Of a stretch of DNA of 64,000 bases, positions 49,462 through 60,186 are shown piece by piece. The stretch covers positions 96,001 to 160,000 of the forward strand of contig CAVVTZ010000007.1 in NCBI GenBank assembly GCA_963751275.1, given 5' to 3'. Every line of letters begins with the position of its first letter. The first letter of the stretch is position 1. The notes under the pieces are model-generated. The model searched no databases. It was not told where the DNA came from and worked only from the letters and a program-made list of their open reading frames with translations. The position numbers and the translations under genes were made by a program. Source of the stretch: an uncultured Gemmatimonadaceae bacterium. GTDB lineage: Bacteria; Gemmatimonadota; Gemmatimonadetes; Gemmatimonadales; Gemmatimonadaceae.

Positions 49462-51249
49462 ATGATCCGCTCCCGCGCGCCGTTCATCGGCGCCGCGTTC
49501 GCCGCCGTCGCTCTGTCGCTCGCCCTGCCAATGTCCGTCGCGCAGTCACAGGCGGAGCCCGACACGGCGGGCGTGCGCAAAGTGTTCGAAGCGAACATCG
49601 ACGCCATCCACAAGCGCGACCGGACGCGGTATCTCTCGTACTACATCGAGACAGAGACGCTCGCCCGGAACGGCACGGGCGGTCTGGAGACCGGCTACAA
49701 GGATTGGGCGGCGATCCGCGACAACACCTGGCCGGACACGCTCGTCGCGCGCGACCTGCGGCTGGTGCCGATCGCGCCCGGCGTGGTCTACGGCACATAC
49801 CACTATCGCCAAGTGGTGCATAACGGGCCGACGATCGAAGGGATCTCCGAGCGGATCTTCGTGAAGACGCCGAAGGGGTGGAAGATCGCGGTGAGCACGG
49901 CGTTCGGATTGTCGGCGGGCGCGTCCCCGCCTCCGGTCGCGCTGGTGGGCGGGACGCTGGTGAATCCGGGAAGACCGGCGGTGCCGAACGCGGTCGTCGT
50001 CGTGCGGGGCGGACGCATCGTGTGCGCCGGTGCGCGCGCGGAGTGCCCTGTCCCCGCCGGGATCGAAGTGGTGGATGTGCGCGGGAAATTCATCGGCCCC
50101 GGGTTGATCGACGCGCACGTGCATTATTCGCAGACCGGTTGGGTGGACGGCCGGCCGGATGCGATCGATCTGCGCGCGCAATTCCCTTATGACTCGGTGG
50201 TCGCGGCACTGCACCATGATCCGTCGCGGTTCGACCGCGCCTACCTGTGCAGCGGCGTCACGAGCGTGTTCGATGTGGGCGGCTATCCGTGGACGCTCAC
50301 GATGGCGCGCGAGCACGAGGCGGCGCTCAACACGCCGCGGATGGAGGCGGCGGGCCCGTTGCTCACGACGTATGACACCTGGCTGAACACGGCGGTGGAG
50401 CGGCAGTTCATCTACATGCGCAGTGATTCCGCGGTGCGGGCGGGCGTGCGCGCGCTGGCGCGCGATGGGGCGAGCGCGATCAAGGTCTGGTATCTCGCGG
50501 TGCCGGACTCGCAACGCGCGGCGATGCGCGCGCGATTGATGGTCGCCGGCGAGGAAGCGAAGCGCGCCGGACTCCCGCTCATCGTCCACGCGACGCAGCT
50601 GGCGAACGCGAAGGATGCGCTGCACGCCGGCGTGAAGGTGCTCGTGCACAGCGTGGCGCCGGAGGATATCGACGATGAGTTCCTCGCGCTCGCGAAGGCG
50701 AACGGCACGATCGTGATCCCGACGCTCACGGTCTTCGAGGGATACGCGGATGTGTACGCCGGCCGTTCGCCGGCGGCGCGGTATCCGCTGGCCTGCGTGG
50801 ATCCGGTGACGCGCGCCCATCTCGAGACCGCGCTGCCGGATTCGTTGCGCGCCGCGCGGCTGGCCCGAATGAAGCAGACGGGCTTCTTCGACAGTGCGTT
50901 CCACGCCACCGAACGAAACGTGCGTCGCATGCGTAGTGCGGGCATACCGATCGCGATGGGCACGGACGCCGGGAACCCGGGCACCGCGCCCGGGCCGAGC
51001 GTGTACCGGGAGATGGAGGCGCTCCAGGCGGCGGGCATGCCGGCGGCGGAGGTGTTCGCGTCGGCGACGATCGTCGCGGCGCGCGCGATGGGGCGCGACG
51101 GCGACCTCGGCCTGCTCGAAGCAAAGCGCGCGGCGGACCTCGTGGTATGGTCGGCCGATCCGACGTCCGACATCGGGAACGCCAAGATGGTGGTGATGGT
51201 GATGAAGGGCGGTTCGCTCTACGGGCGCGCCGAGTTGCTGCCGAAGTGA
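49462..51249 (+). CDS. Secreted amidohydrolase with N-terminal NTF2/SnoaL-like domain
   Basis: PGLIDAHVH, IK, VHA, LVH, MGTDAG, ADLVV. Confidence 0.86.
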   Translation: MIRSRAPFIGAAFAAVALSLALPMSVAQSQAEPDTAGVRKVFEANIDAIHKRDRTRYLSYYIETETLARNGTGGLETGYKDWAAIRDNTWPDTLVARDLRLVPIAPGVVYGTYHYRQVVHNGPTIEGISERIFVKTPKGWKIAVSTAFGLSAGASPPPVALVGGTLVNPGRPAVPNAVVVVRGGRIVCAGARAECPVPAGIEVVDVRGKFIGPGLIDAHVHYSQTGWVDGRPDAIDLRAQFPYDSVVAALHHDPSRFDRAYLCSGVTSVFDVGGYPWTLTMAREHEAALNTPRMEAAGPLLTTYDTWLNTAVERQFIYMRSDSAVRAGVRALARDGASAIKVWYLAVPDSQRAAMRARLMVAGEEAKRAGLPLIVHATQLANAKDALHAGVKVLVHSVAPEDIDDEFLALAKANGTIVIPTLTVFEGYADVYAGRSPAARYPLACVDPVTRAHLETALPDSLRAARLARMKQTGFFDSAFHATERNVRRMRSAGIPIAMGTDAGNPGTAPGPSVYREMEALQAAGMPAAEVFASATIVAARAMGRDGDLGLLEAKRAADLVVWSADPTSDIGNAKMVVMVMKGGSLYGRAELLPK

Positions 51250-51284
51250 TGCGAGTCTCCCTGCGACCCTTTCCTGCGAGATCC

Positions 51285-52896
51285 ATGCGCCTGCCTGCTT
51301 CCACCCTGCTCGGTGTCGCACTCGCGGCCGCGGCCGGCGCCCAGGCGGCGCCGCATAACGCGCCGCATAACGCGCCGCGTCCATTCCCGGCGCAGCAGCA
51401 CGTGCCGACGCTCGTGATCTTCCTCACGGTCGATCAGAATGCGCGCGGACTATCTCACGCGATTCGGCCCGCAGCTCACGGGCGGGCTGGGGCGCCTCGC
51501 GAAACAGGGCGCGTTCTTCACGAATGCGATGCTCGACTACGAGTCCACCGAGACGGCGCCGGGGCATGCGACCGGCATGTCGGGACGCTTCCCGCGCAGC
51601 ACCGGGATCGTGAGCAATTCACTCGGCGTGTACGATCCGCAGGCGCCGGTGATCGGGAGCACGACGGGGTTCGCCTCGCCGTTCCGGTTCCGCGGCGGCG
51701 GGCTCACCGAGTGGCTCCGCATCAAGGATCCGCGGACGCGCGCGCTGTCGGTGTCGCGCAAGGACCGCGGCGCGATCCTCCCGCTCGGACGCACGCACCA
51801 GAACGTCTTCTGGTACGATGGGGCCAGTGGGAATTTCACGACCAGCGAGTACTACGCCGACACGCTGCCGTCGTGGCTGCGCGCGTTCAATGCGAAGCGC
51901 ATCCCGGCGAGCTACACGGGCAGCGTGTGGACGCTGCTGCTCCCCGAGAGCGCGTATCCGGAGAAGGACAGCGTGGTGTGGGAGAACTTCGGCAACGATT
52001 TCCTCTTCCCGCACGCACTGTCGAAGGACACGGCGACCGCGCTCCGCACCTTCGCCGACTCGCCGTACATGGACGCCGTGACCTTGCAGGTGGCGCTCGC
52101 GGGAATGAAGGCGCTCAACATCGGCGCGGGCGATGCGACCGACGTGCTCGCGATCTCGCTCTCGACGACGGACCAGATCGGCCACCGCTACGGACCCGAC
52201 TCGCGCGAGGTGCACGACCAGATCCTGCGTCTCGACCGGGAGCTGGGCGCGTTCTTCGACTCGGTGTTCGCGGTGCGTGACTCGATGCACGTCGTGATCA
52301 CGCTCACCGGCGATCACGGCGTGGCGCCGTTGCCGGAAGCGTACGCGATGCGCACGCACAAACCGGCGCAGCGGCTGAATCTCGCGGCCATCGCCCAGCG
52401 GTACCAGGCGAAGATCGCGGCGCTCGGCGGGGACTCCACCGATTTCTGGTTCGAGGATGCGATGCTCTGGGTGAACCGCGAGCCGCTCATCCGCGCGCAC
52501 GTGAACGTGGATTCGCTGATCAACGCGTTCGCCGCCGACGTGCGCGCGACACCCGGTGTGGCGAGCGTGATGCGGGTGGCCGATCTCGCGAAGGACACGC
52601 TGAAGGATCCGATCGCGCGCCGGTGGTACCACACCGTGCCGCCGGACTTTCCCGTGGAGCTGGTGGTGACGGTGAAGGAATTCTCGGTGTGGGGGACGTA
52701 CGCGCCGGGGATCCACGGCTCGCCGTACGACTACGACAACAACGTGCCGGTCGTCATGTGGGGGGCGCCGTTCAAGCCGGGTCGGTACACGATGCCGTCG
52801 CTCGTCGTGGATCTCGCACCGACGCTCGCCTGGGTGACCGCCACGCGGCCCACCGAGCATGTGGATGGCGAAATCCTGTGGAGCGCGTTGAAGTGA
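51285..52896 (+). CDS. PafA-like alkaline phosphatase superfamily protein (frameshift at ~51438)
   Basis: LTVDQ|MRADYL split by one extra A; TAPGHAT, SRKDR, DQIGH, GDHG, HGSPY. Confidence 0.88.
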
Positions 52897-52903
52897 CGGT
52901 GCG

Positions 52904-53518
52904 ATGAGCGTGGCACGCATCTCGGGGCCGCAGGCGCTGCACGGCGCGTTCGACGAAGCGCGCTTCGGGCCGGCGAAGACGCTCAATCTGCGGAACGCGC
53001 TGCCCACCGCGCGCGAAGCGGTGGCGCGCACCGAACCGTGGATCCGCGAGCGGCAGGCGAGCCGCGCCGGGGACCTGCTCATCATCACCGGCCGCGGGAA
53101 TCAGAGCGACGGCGGGATCGCCGTCGTACGCGAAGCGATCGTGCGGCTCTTCGCGTCGCTGCGCCGGCGTGGTGTGATCGCGCACGTGAAGGAACACACG
53201 CCGGGCTCCTTCGTGGTGACACCGGCACCGCTGAGCGCGCTGCGTGAAGCCGGACGCCGGCGGCGCGAGCCGGTGACCGCCGCGCCGGCGGACCCCAAGA
53301 ACCTGCGATCGCTGGACCCGGCCACGCTCACGCTCTTGCGGCGCGTCGCCCAGCGCGCGCTCGAGCATCTCGGCGCGCAGGATCCGGCGAAGTTCGTGGA
53401 GCGGGAGATGGTGGAGCAATTCTCGCTCATCGCGGCCGGCGTCCCCGAGGGGCCGGACCGCGAAGGCCGCCTCCGCGCGGCGCTGCAGGCCCTCCTGCTC
53501 GAGTACGACGACCAGTGA
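52904..53518 (+). CDS. Smr-domain protein
   Basis: TLNLR..A, LIITGRG.S, GSFVV. Confidence 0.72.
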   Translation: MSVARISGPQALHGAFDEARFGPAKTLNLRNALPTAREAVARTEPWIRERQASRAGDLLIITGRGNQSDGGIAVVREAIVRLFASLRRRGVIAHVKEHTPGSFVVTPAPLSALREAGRRRREPVTAAPADPKNLRSLDPATLTLLRRVAQRALEHLGAQDPAKFVEREMVEQFSLIAAGVPEGPDREGRLRAALQALLLEYDDQ

Positions 53519-53558
53519 CCCGTTCCTCCTGCACGATCCACTCCCAGCCAACCCGTCA

Positions 53559-55667
53559 ATGATCCGATCCTCCGTTCGTCTCTCCGTGCTCGCGCTCCTC
53601 GCGCCGGCCGCCGCGCTGTTCGCGCAGGACCAGTCACTCCCCGGTTACTCAGGCACCGCGGCGCCGCCCGAGCGGGCGCTCGAAGCGAGCACCGCCGCGC
53701 ACATGTCCGCCGACACCGCGCGCGCCGAATCGCGCGCGCTGTCGCACCAGATCCACATCGCCGGCACGCCGGCGCAGGCATGGACGCGCGACTTCGTCGT
53801 CGCCGCGATGAAATCGTGGGGGATGGAGACCGAAGTGCGCGAGTACGTGGTATGGATGCCGCACACGACCACGATCCAGGTCTGGCGCGTTGCGCCCGAC
53901 ACGGTGGCCCTGAACCTCGCCGAGGGTCCGGTGCCGCAGGACACGACGTCGTGGAACGAGACCGAAGCCGTGATCGCCAACGGGTACAGCGGCACGGGCG
54001 ATGTGAGCGGCCAGGTGGTGTACGTGAACTACGGACTCATCGAGGATTACGCGCAGCTCGATTCGATGGGCGTCTCGGTGAAGGGGAAGATCGCGATCGC
54101 GCGCTACGGGCGGTCGTACCGCGGCATCAAAGCGCGCGAGGCGGAAAAGCGCGGTGCGCTGGGACTCATCATCTACAGCGATCCGGCCGACGATGGATTC
54201 GTGCGCGGCGATGTCTATCCCGCGGGACCGATGCGGCCCTCGCAGGGCGTACAGCGGGGCAGCGTGATGAACGATGACGGCGACCCGAGCACGCCCGGCT
54301 ATGGCAGCAAGGCGGGCGCGCCGCGCATTCCGCTCGACAAGATGGCGGTGCCGCACATCCCGGTGATCCCGATGTCGTACGGCAACGCGGCGCAGCTGCT
54401 GCGGGGACTCAACGGCGCGGCGATCCCGCAGAGCTGGCAAGGCGGACTGTCGTTCCGCTATCACGCGGGGCCGGGCCCGGTGGCGGCGCACCTGATCGTG
54501 CACTCGGACACGGCGACGGCGGCGTACAAGAAGATCTGGGACACGTTCGGCATCGTGCGCGGCACGGAGCTTCCCGACCAGATCGTGATGGTCGGCGGCC
54601 ACCGCGACGCGTGGGGTCCCGGCGCGAACGACAATGTGAGTGGCACGGTGAGTGTGCTCGAATCCGCGCGCGCGGTGATGGCCGAGGTGAAGGCGGGGCA
54701 CAGGCCGAAGCGCACGATGATCTTCGCCACGTGGGACGCCGAAGAGTGGGGACTGCTCGGCTCCACCGAGTACGTGGAGGAGGATTCGCTGCGGCTGATG
54801 CGGGGCGGCATCGCGTATCTCAACCAGGATTCTCCGGCGTCCGGTCCGCGGATCGGCGGCGGCGGTTCGCCGTCGCTCCGCCCGATGATCCGCGACGTCA
54901 TGGCGCACATCCAGGATCCGAGCGGGAAGGGCACGGTATATCAAGTGTGGCGGCAGCAGGCGAAGGTCGCCGACAGCGCACAACCGCCAATGGGCGATCC
55001 GGGCGGCGGGTCCGACTACGCGGGCTTCTACAATCACATCGGCATCCCGATGGCCGAGTGGGGATTCGGCGGCGCCGGCGGCGTGTACCACTCGCTGTAC
55101 GATTCGTACCACTGGATGGCGACGTACGGCGATACGTCGTACCAGTACCACGCGACCGCGGCGAAGGTCGGCGCGATGATGATGTGGCGTCTCGCGAACG
55201 CGGAGATCCTGCCGTACGACTATCAGGAATACGCGAGCACGATGAAGAAATACCTGCCGGCGATGGACAGTGCGCTCAAGAAGAAGGGATGGTATTCGGG
55301 CGATACGGCGCTGAGTGCGTCGATCGGGCGCCTGGGACGCGCGGCGGCGGAATTCGCGGCGGCGCGCGATGCGCAGCTTGCGCGCGGCTCGGTGTCGAAG
55401 GAGAGGGCGGCGAAGACGAATGCCGCGCTGCTGAAGGTGGAGCGCGCGCTGCTCCGGCCGGAAGGGCTCAAGACGCGCCCGTGGTTCCGCAACCTGATCT
55501 ACGCGGCGGACGTGGACAACGGCTACGCCGACATGGTGTTCCCATCGGTGGGCGAAGCGATGCGCACCGGCGACAAGGCGCTCGTCTTCAGTGAGATCGC
55601 CGACCTGGCGTCGCGCTTCGACGCGGCGACGCGTGCCGTGAACGAAGCGACGGCCGCGATCAAGTGA
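53559..55667 (+). CDS. M28 peptidase with PA domain (glutamate carboxypeptidase II-like)
   Basis: YVNYG, QRGS, GDPSTPG, GHRDAW, DNVSG, WDAEEWGL, YHS.YD. Confidence 0.92.
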   Translation: MIRSSVRLSVLALLAPAAALFAQDQSLPGYSGTAAPPERALEASTAAHMSADTARAESRALSHQIHIAGTPAQAWTRDFVVAAMKSWGMETEVREYVVWMPHTTTIQVWRVAPDTVALNLAEGPVPQDTTSWNETEAVIANGYSGTGDVSGQVVYVNYGLIEDYAQLDSMGVSVKGKIAIARYGRSYRGIKAREAEKRGALGLIIYSDPADDGFVRGDVYPAGPMRPSQGVQRGSVMNDDGDPSTPGYGSKAGAPRIPLDKMAVPHIPVIPMSYGNAAQLLRGLNGAAIPQSWQGGLSFRYHAGPGPVAAHLIVHSDTATAAYKKIWDTFGIVRGTELPDQIVMVGGHRDAWGPGANDNVSGTVSVLESARAVMAEVKAGHRPKRTMIFATWDAEEWGLLGSTEYVEEDSLRLMRGGIAYLNQDSPASGPRIGGGGSPSLRPMIRDVMAHIQDPSGKGTVYQVWRQQAKVADSAQPPMGDPGGGSDYAGFYNHIGIPMAEWGFGGAGGVYHSLYDSYHWMATYGDTSYQYHATAAKVGAMMMWRLANAEILPYDYQEYASTMKKYLPAMDSALKKKGWYSGDTALSASIGRLGRAAAEFAAARDAQLARGSVSKERAAKTNAALLKVERALLRPEGLKTRPWFRNLIYAADVDNGYADMVFPSVGEAMRTGDKALVFSEIADLASRFDAATRAVNEATAAIK

Positions 55668-55675
55668 TGCACGAA

Positions 55676-55705
55676 CCGGGTGGAGCGCTTCGGCGCTCCA
55701 CCCGG
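55676..55705. terminator. Hairpin between convergent genes
   Basis: CCGGGTGGAGCGC-TTCG-GCGCTCCACCCGG, cUUCGg loop. Confidence 0.72.
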
Positions 55706-55716
55706 CGTCACTCCGC

Positions 55717-57021
55717 TCAGAGGTCGGCCGGCGTTTCGGGCGGCGGTCCCGATTTCCGTTTCGGCGATGGCGGCGCGAGCGGCTCGAACGGGTCCGCGAC
55801 GATGGAGAGGATTCCGTCGCGCGGTGACGTGCGCGCGCGCGGACCATCGGCGAGATCGACCGGAAGTGCGACGGACCGTTCCCGGTCGGACTGCGGATTG
55901 CTGCCGCCGTCCGGGATGGTGCGCGATGGCCGCCGCACCGGCTCCGGCCGCGGCCGCTTCCCCAGATACGCCCGCGGCATGCTCACGCCCCGAAGGGATG
56001 CCGCCGGCGTCTCGCTCGCGCCGCGCCGCCGAAGGACGAGCACGGTGCGCCGCGGCGCTTCGCCGTGCGGGAATTCGCGGATGATCGCGTGGCCGAGGTC
56101 GGGGAGCGTCGCGAGGAAGGGCGGCGTCGGAACGCTCGCGGCACGCCGGATACGCGGCGCATCCGGCGACGCGACGCCGCGCGCGGCCCGCGGCACCGGA
56201 GGCGGCGACTGGCGCGGCACCGGGACGATCAGATCCAGGTCCACGGTGATGTCGACCACGGGTTCCCGTGAGCGCGGCGGCTCGAGCACGAGCAGTTGCC
56301 GGCGCTCATCGCGGCCGCCGACCGCGGCGCCCACGCCGCTGCACGCGCATCCGACATGCAGGCCCAGATCGACGAGCACCTGCTCGCGCGACATCATTCG
56401 CTGCGCGAGCTCCGCCATCGGATCATCGGCGGACAACTCCGCGAGCACGCGCCCGCCGGCGCGGTCCCGCAGCGCTTCGTCACTCGGCGAGCCGCCGGGC
56501 ATCGAGAGGGAGCGCCGGCGGTCGGGCGGGAGGATGCTCTCGAAGAATTGCGGCTGCGCGGCCGGGCTGACTCCGCGCTCACGGCAGAGCGCCAGCAGAT
56601 CGGCGGGTGCGATCCGTTCATTGATCGACGCATCGTCCGCGCCTGGGCACGCGCCGGCGTACGTGATGTGCAGCATGCGCGCGCCGTACGCGGAGCGCAG
56701 ATACCGCGCAACGGCCACGGGTGGCGCGGCGAGCGAGATCATCCACGGCGCGAGATCGTCGCCGGCGCGCAACAGCCGCTCGCGCACGAGCGGACACGAG
56801 CAGAGGATCGCCGGGTCGGCGTTGCGGTCGGCGAGCTCGCTGAGGCACGCGCCGGCGACGAGCTCGTCGCCCCAACTCGCGGGGAAGGCGGACGCGTAGC
56901 CGAGCCGCTGGCAGGCGTGGGCGAGCTGGACGGGGGTGGCGGGAAGAGCGGCGAAGACGGCGTCGGCGCCGAGGATGATGACCGACGGTACCGTCTGCGA
57001 CGGAGTGGCGCCGCGCGGCAT
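55717..57021 (-). CDS. Protein with degenerate [FeFe]-hydrogenase large-subunit-like domain and Pro/Arg-rich tail
   Basis: LGY..FPASWGDE, ILCSCP, PPVAVARY, YAGACP, PGG, GCACSG. Confidence 0.62.
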   Translation of the reverse strand: MPRGATPSQTVPSVIILGADAVFAALPATPVQLAHACQRLGYASAFPASWGDELVAGACLSELADRNADPAILCSCPLVRERLLRAGDDLAPWMISLAAPPVAVARYLRSAYGARMLHITYAGACPGADDASINERIAPADLLALCRERGVSPAAQPQFFESILPPDRRRSLSMPGGSPSDEALRDRAGGRVLAELSADDPMAELAQRMMSREQVLVDLGLHVGCACSGVGAAVGGRDERRQLLVLEPPRSREPVVDITVDLDLIVPVPRQSPPPVPRAARGVASPDAPRIRRAASVPTPPFLATLPDLGHAIIREFPHGEAPRRTVLVLRRRGASETPAASLRGVSMPRAYLGKRPRPEPVRRPSRTIPDGGSNPQSDRERSVALPVDLADGPRARTSPRDGILSIVADPFEPLAPPSPKRKSGPPPETPADL

Positions 57022-57163
57022 CAGGGGAAGTTGGTCCGCAGGGGCACGGCGAAAATTGCCACAACAGGGGGTGCGCTGTCCAGCGCCCGCGTCTTCCCTC
57101 CGGACGCTCGATGACGCTATCGTCATGGGCCGGCGGCTGCCGGATCCCCAACGGAGCGGTGCC

Positions 57164-58115
57164 GTGATCGAGTCGGTCGTGGTGAAGGTCCCGGGGTCGA
57201 CGTCGAATCTCGGAGCGGGATTCGACTGCGTGGGCATGGCGGTGGACCGCTGGCTGACCGTGACCGTGCGCCGTGACGCGTCGGGTACATTGACGCCGCG
57301 CGTGGTGCGCCACGGCACGCTCGAATCGCTCGCGGCCGTGCGCCCCGAGCGCGATCTCGATCTTCACCGCCTTCCGCGCCGCGTGCACGGCCGCCGGCAC
57401 GCCGGTGCCGACCGGTCTCGTGTTCGAGGCGATCTCCGACATCCCGGTCGCGCGCGGGATCGGCTCGTCGGCCGCGGCGCTCGTGGCCGGCGCGGCGCTG
57501 GCCAACGCGATGCTCGCGCTGCGCTTGGACGCGCGGGCGCTCGCCGGTCTCTGCGCGACGCTCGACGGCCATCCGGACAACGTGGCGCCCTCGGTGTACG
57601 GCGGCGCGGTGCTCGCGCTCGCCGGCGATCCGTTCGTCGTGTCGCCGCTGGACGTCCATCCGTCGCTCGTCTTCATCTTCGCGGTGCCGGACTTCGCCGT
57701 GGAGACGAAACGCGCGCGCGCCGCGCTGCCGAACGTCGTGCCGCACGTGACGGCGGTGCAAGCCGCGGCACGGAGCGCGGCATTGGTGCGCGGGCTCGCC
57801 ACCGCGGAGCCGGCGCTGCTCGCCGCCGCGCTCGATGACGTGCTGCACGTGCCGCACCGCCGCGCGCTCGTGCGCGGCTATGACGCCGTGAACGCCGCCG
57901 CCATCGCCGCCGGCGCGTTCGGCGCGACGCTCAGCGGCTCCGGCTCCGCGCTGGTGGCGATCGCGCGCACGGATGACGCCGCGGCGGTGGAGACCGCCAT
58001 GGCCGGCGCCTGGCAGGAGAAGGGGATCGCCGTCGAGACCTTCCATACCGGGCGCCGCGTGCGCGGGTACGAAGTCCAATCGGTGGTGGAGTCGGCGCGC
58101 CAATGGCCGGGGTGA
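57164..58115 (+). CDS. thrB: Homoserine kinase (frameshift near 57360)
   Basis: VPGSTSNLGAGFD; IPVARGIGSSAA, GHPDNVAP, LSGSG. Confidence 0.93.
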
Positions 58116-58140
58116 CTTCCCGCACCCGCTATCTTTCGGC

Positions 58141-59323
58141 ATGAGCCCCACGGTCGAGCCGCCCCCCAACGCGATGCAGCGGCGCATCGGCGAACTGCCG
58201 GAACTCACGGCCGAGGAAACGCTCCGCTACAGCCGCCACTTGCTGCTGCCGCAGGTCGGCGAGGAAGGACAGCGCCGGCTGAAAGCGTCGCGCGTGCTGC
58301 TCATCGGGGCCGGCGGCCTCGGATCGCCCGCGGCGCTGTACCTCGCCGCCGCCGGCATCGGCACGATCGGTCTGGTGGAATTCGACACGGTGGATCTCAC
58401 GAACCTGCATCGCCAGCTGCTGCACGGCACGGCCGATGTGGGCCACCCGAAGATCGAATCGGCGCGCGCGCGGATCGCGGCGCTGAATCCGAACGTTCGC
58501 CTCGAGGCACACGCCGAACGGCTCTCGTCGGCGAATGCGCTCGGGATCGTGGAGCGCTACGACCTGGTGGTGGACGGCAGCGACAATTTTCCCACGCGCT
58601 ACCTCGTCAACGACGCGACGGTGATGACCGGCCGGCTGAACGTGCACGGCAGCGTCTTCCGCTTCGACGGACAGGCGAGCGTCTTCGGCGCGCCGGACGG
58701 CCCCTGCTATCGCTGCCTCTTCCCCGAACCGCCGCCGCCGGGCTCGGTGCCGGGCTGCGATGAAGGCGGTGTGCTCGGCGTGCTCCCCGGACTCGTGGGG
58801 ATCATCCAGGCGACGGAGACGCTCAAGCTCATCCTCGGCGCCGGCGATCCGCTCATCGGCCGGCTGCTGCTGGTGGACGCGCTGCGGATGCAATTCCGCA
58901 CCCTGAAATTCGAGCGCGACCCGATGTGCCCGGCGTGCGGCACGCGCACGCTGCGCCAACTCATCGACTATGAGGCGTTCTGTGGCCTGGCGGCGCCCGA
59001 CGCGTCGCTCGAGATCAGCGCCGCGCGAACTCGCCGAGCGCATCGCGGCGGGGACGCGGCCGGTGCTCATCGATGTGCGTGAGCCACGCGAATGGGAGCT
59101 GGCGCGCATCGAAGGCGCGCGTCTCGTGCCGCTCGGCACGCTCGAGGCGGCGATCCCGTCACTGGACCGGACATCCGACATCGTCGTGTACTGCAAGTCG
59201 GGCGCGCGGAGCGCGAACGCGGTGCGGCAGCTGCGCGCCGCGGGATTCACCCGCGTGCGGAATCTGGCCGGCGGGATCCGGCAATGGAGCGACGAGGTCG
59301 ATCCATTGGTGCCGCGCTATTGA
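58141..59323 (+). CDS. moeB: MoeB/MoeZ adenylyltransferase with rhodanese domain (frameshift near 59020)
   Basis: RYSRH, GAGGLG, NLHRQ, CYRC, CPAC; then IDVRE, YCKSGARS, LAGGI..W. Confidence 0.92.
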
Positions 59324-60186
59324 GCGACCTCATCACAGTATTCGCCGCCGCCGGCGCGTTCGGCGCATTGCTCTCGGCGTATCCGTCCATGGTCGAGCGC
59401 CGGTCGGATCGGCGACTCCCGGTCGGCCCCGATGGGATCATTCGGGGCGCGGAACCTATCGAGCTCGGCCGCGGCGGCCGGGGCGTGCTCATCCTCCACG
59501 GCTTCGGCGACACGCCGGAGAGCGTGGCGGCGCTTGCCCAGTCACTGAAAGCTCGAGGATACACTGTGCGCGTGCCGCTCCTCGCCGGCCACGGGCGCAC
59601 GTTGCGCGAGTTCGCGAAGAGCGACGCAGAGCAATGGCTTGCCGGGACACGCGAAGCTCTCGCGCAATTGCGGGCGATGTGCACGAGCATCTCGATCGTG
59701 GGTCAATCGCTTGGCGGCGTGCTCGCCACGCTGCTCGCGCAAGAATCGTCCGATCTGCACGCTCTCGTACTGCTCGTCCCGTATTTCGACGTGCCGCCCT
59801 TCGTGCGGCGGATCATGCCACTCGAACCACTCATGCAGCGGCTGCTGACCTACATCAACACGTCCGATGACCGCTCGATCCACGATCCCGCCGCGCGCGC
59901 CCGCTCATTAGCCTTCGGCGCTACGACGCCGCGGCTCACCGGCGAGCTGACGCGGATTGCCGATCGCGGACGCGCCGCGCTGCCGCAATTGCGCGTGCCC
60001 ACGCTCTACGTGCAGGCGCGCGAGGACAACCGGATCGCGCCGGCGGTGGCCGAGCGTGCCTACGCCGCGATCGGCTCGGCGACGAAGCGATTGGAGTGGC
60101 TCGATGGGACGGGGCACGTCATCGCGGCGGACTTCCAGCGCGCACGCGTGGCGCAGCTCACCGCGGAGTGGCTCGACGCGCGCTAA
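59320..60186 (+). CDS. Carboxylesterase-like alpha/beta hydrolase
   Basis: LHGFG, LAGHG, GQSLGG, D and H triad residues. Confidence 0.88.
   Translation: MSDLITVFAAAGAFGALLSAYPSMVERRSDRRLPVGPDGIIRGAEPIELGRGGRGVLILHGFGDTPESVAALAQSLKARGYTVRVPLLAGHGRTLREFAKSDAEQWLAGTREALAQLRAMCTSISIVGQSLGGVLATLLAQESSDLHALVLLVPYFDVPPFVRRIMPLEPLMQRLLTYINTSDDRSIHDPAARARSLAFGATTPRLTGELTRIADRGRAALPQLRVPTLYVQAREDNRIAPAVAERAYAAIGSATKRLEWLDGTGHVIAADFQRARVAQLTAEWLDAR

Noticed and set aside
51348..51377. 12-bp duplication GCGCCGCATAAC
   Set aside because: Short in-frame linker duplication (APHN x2) after a signal peptide
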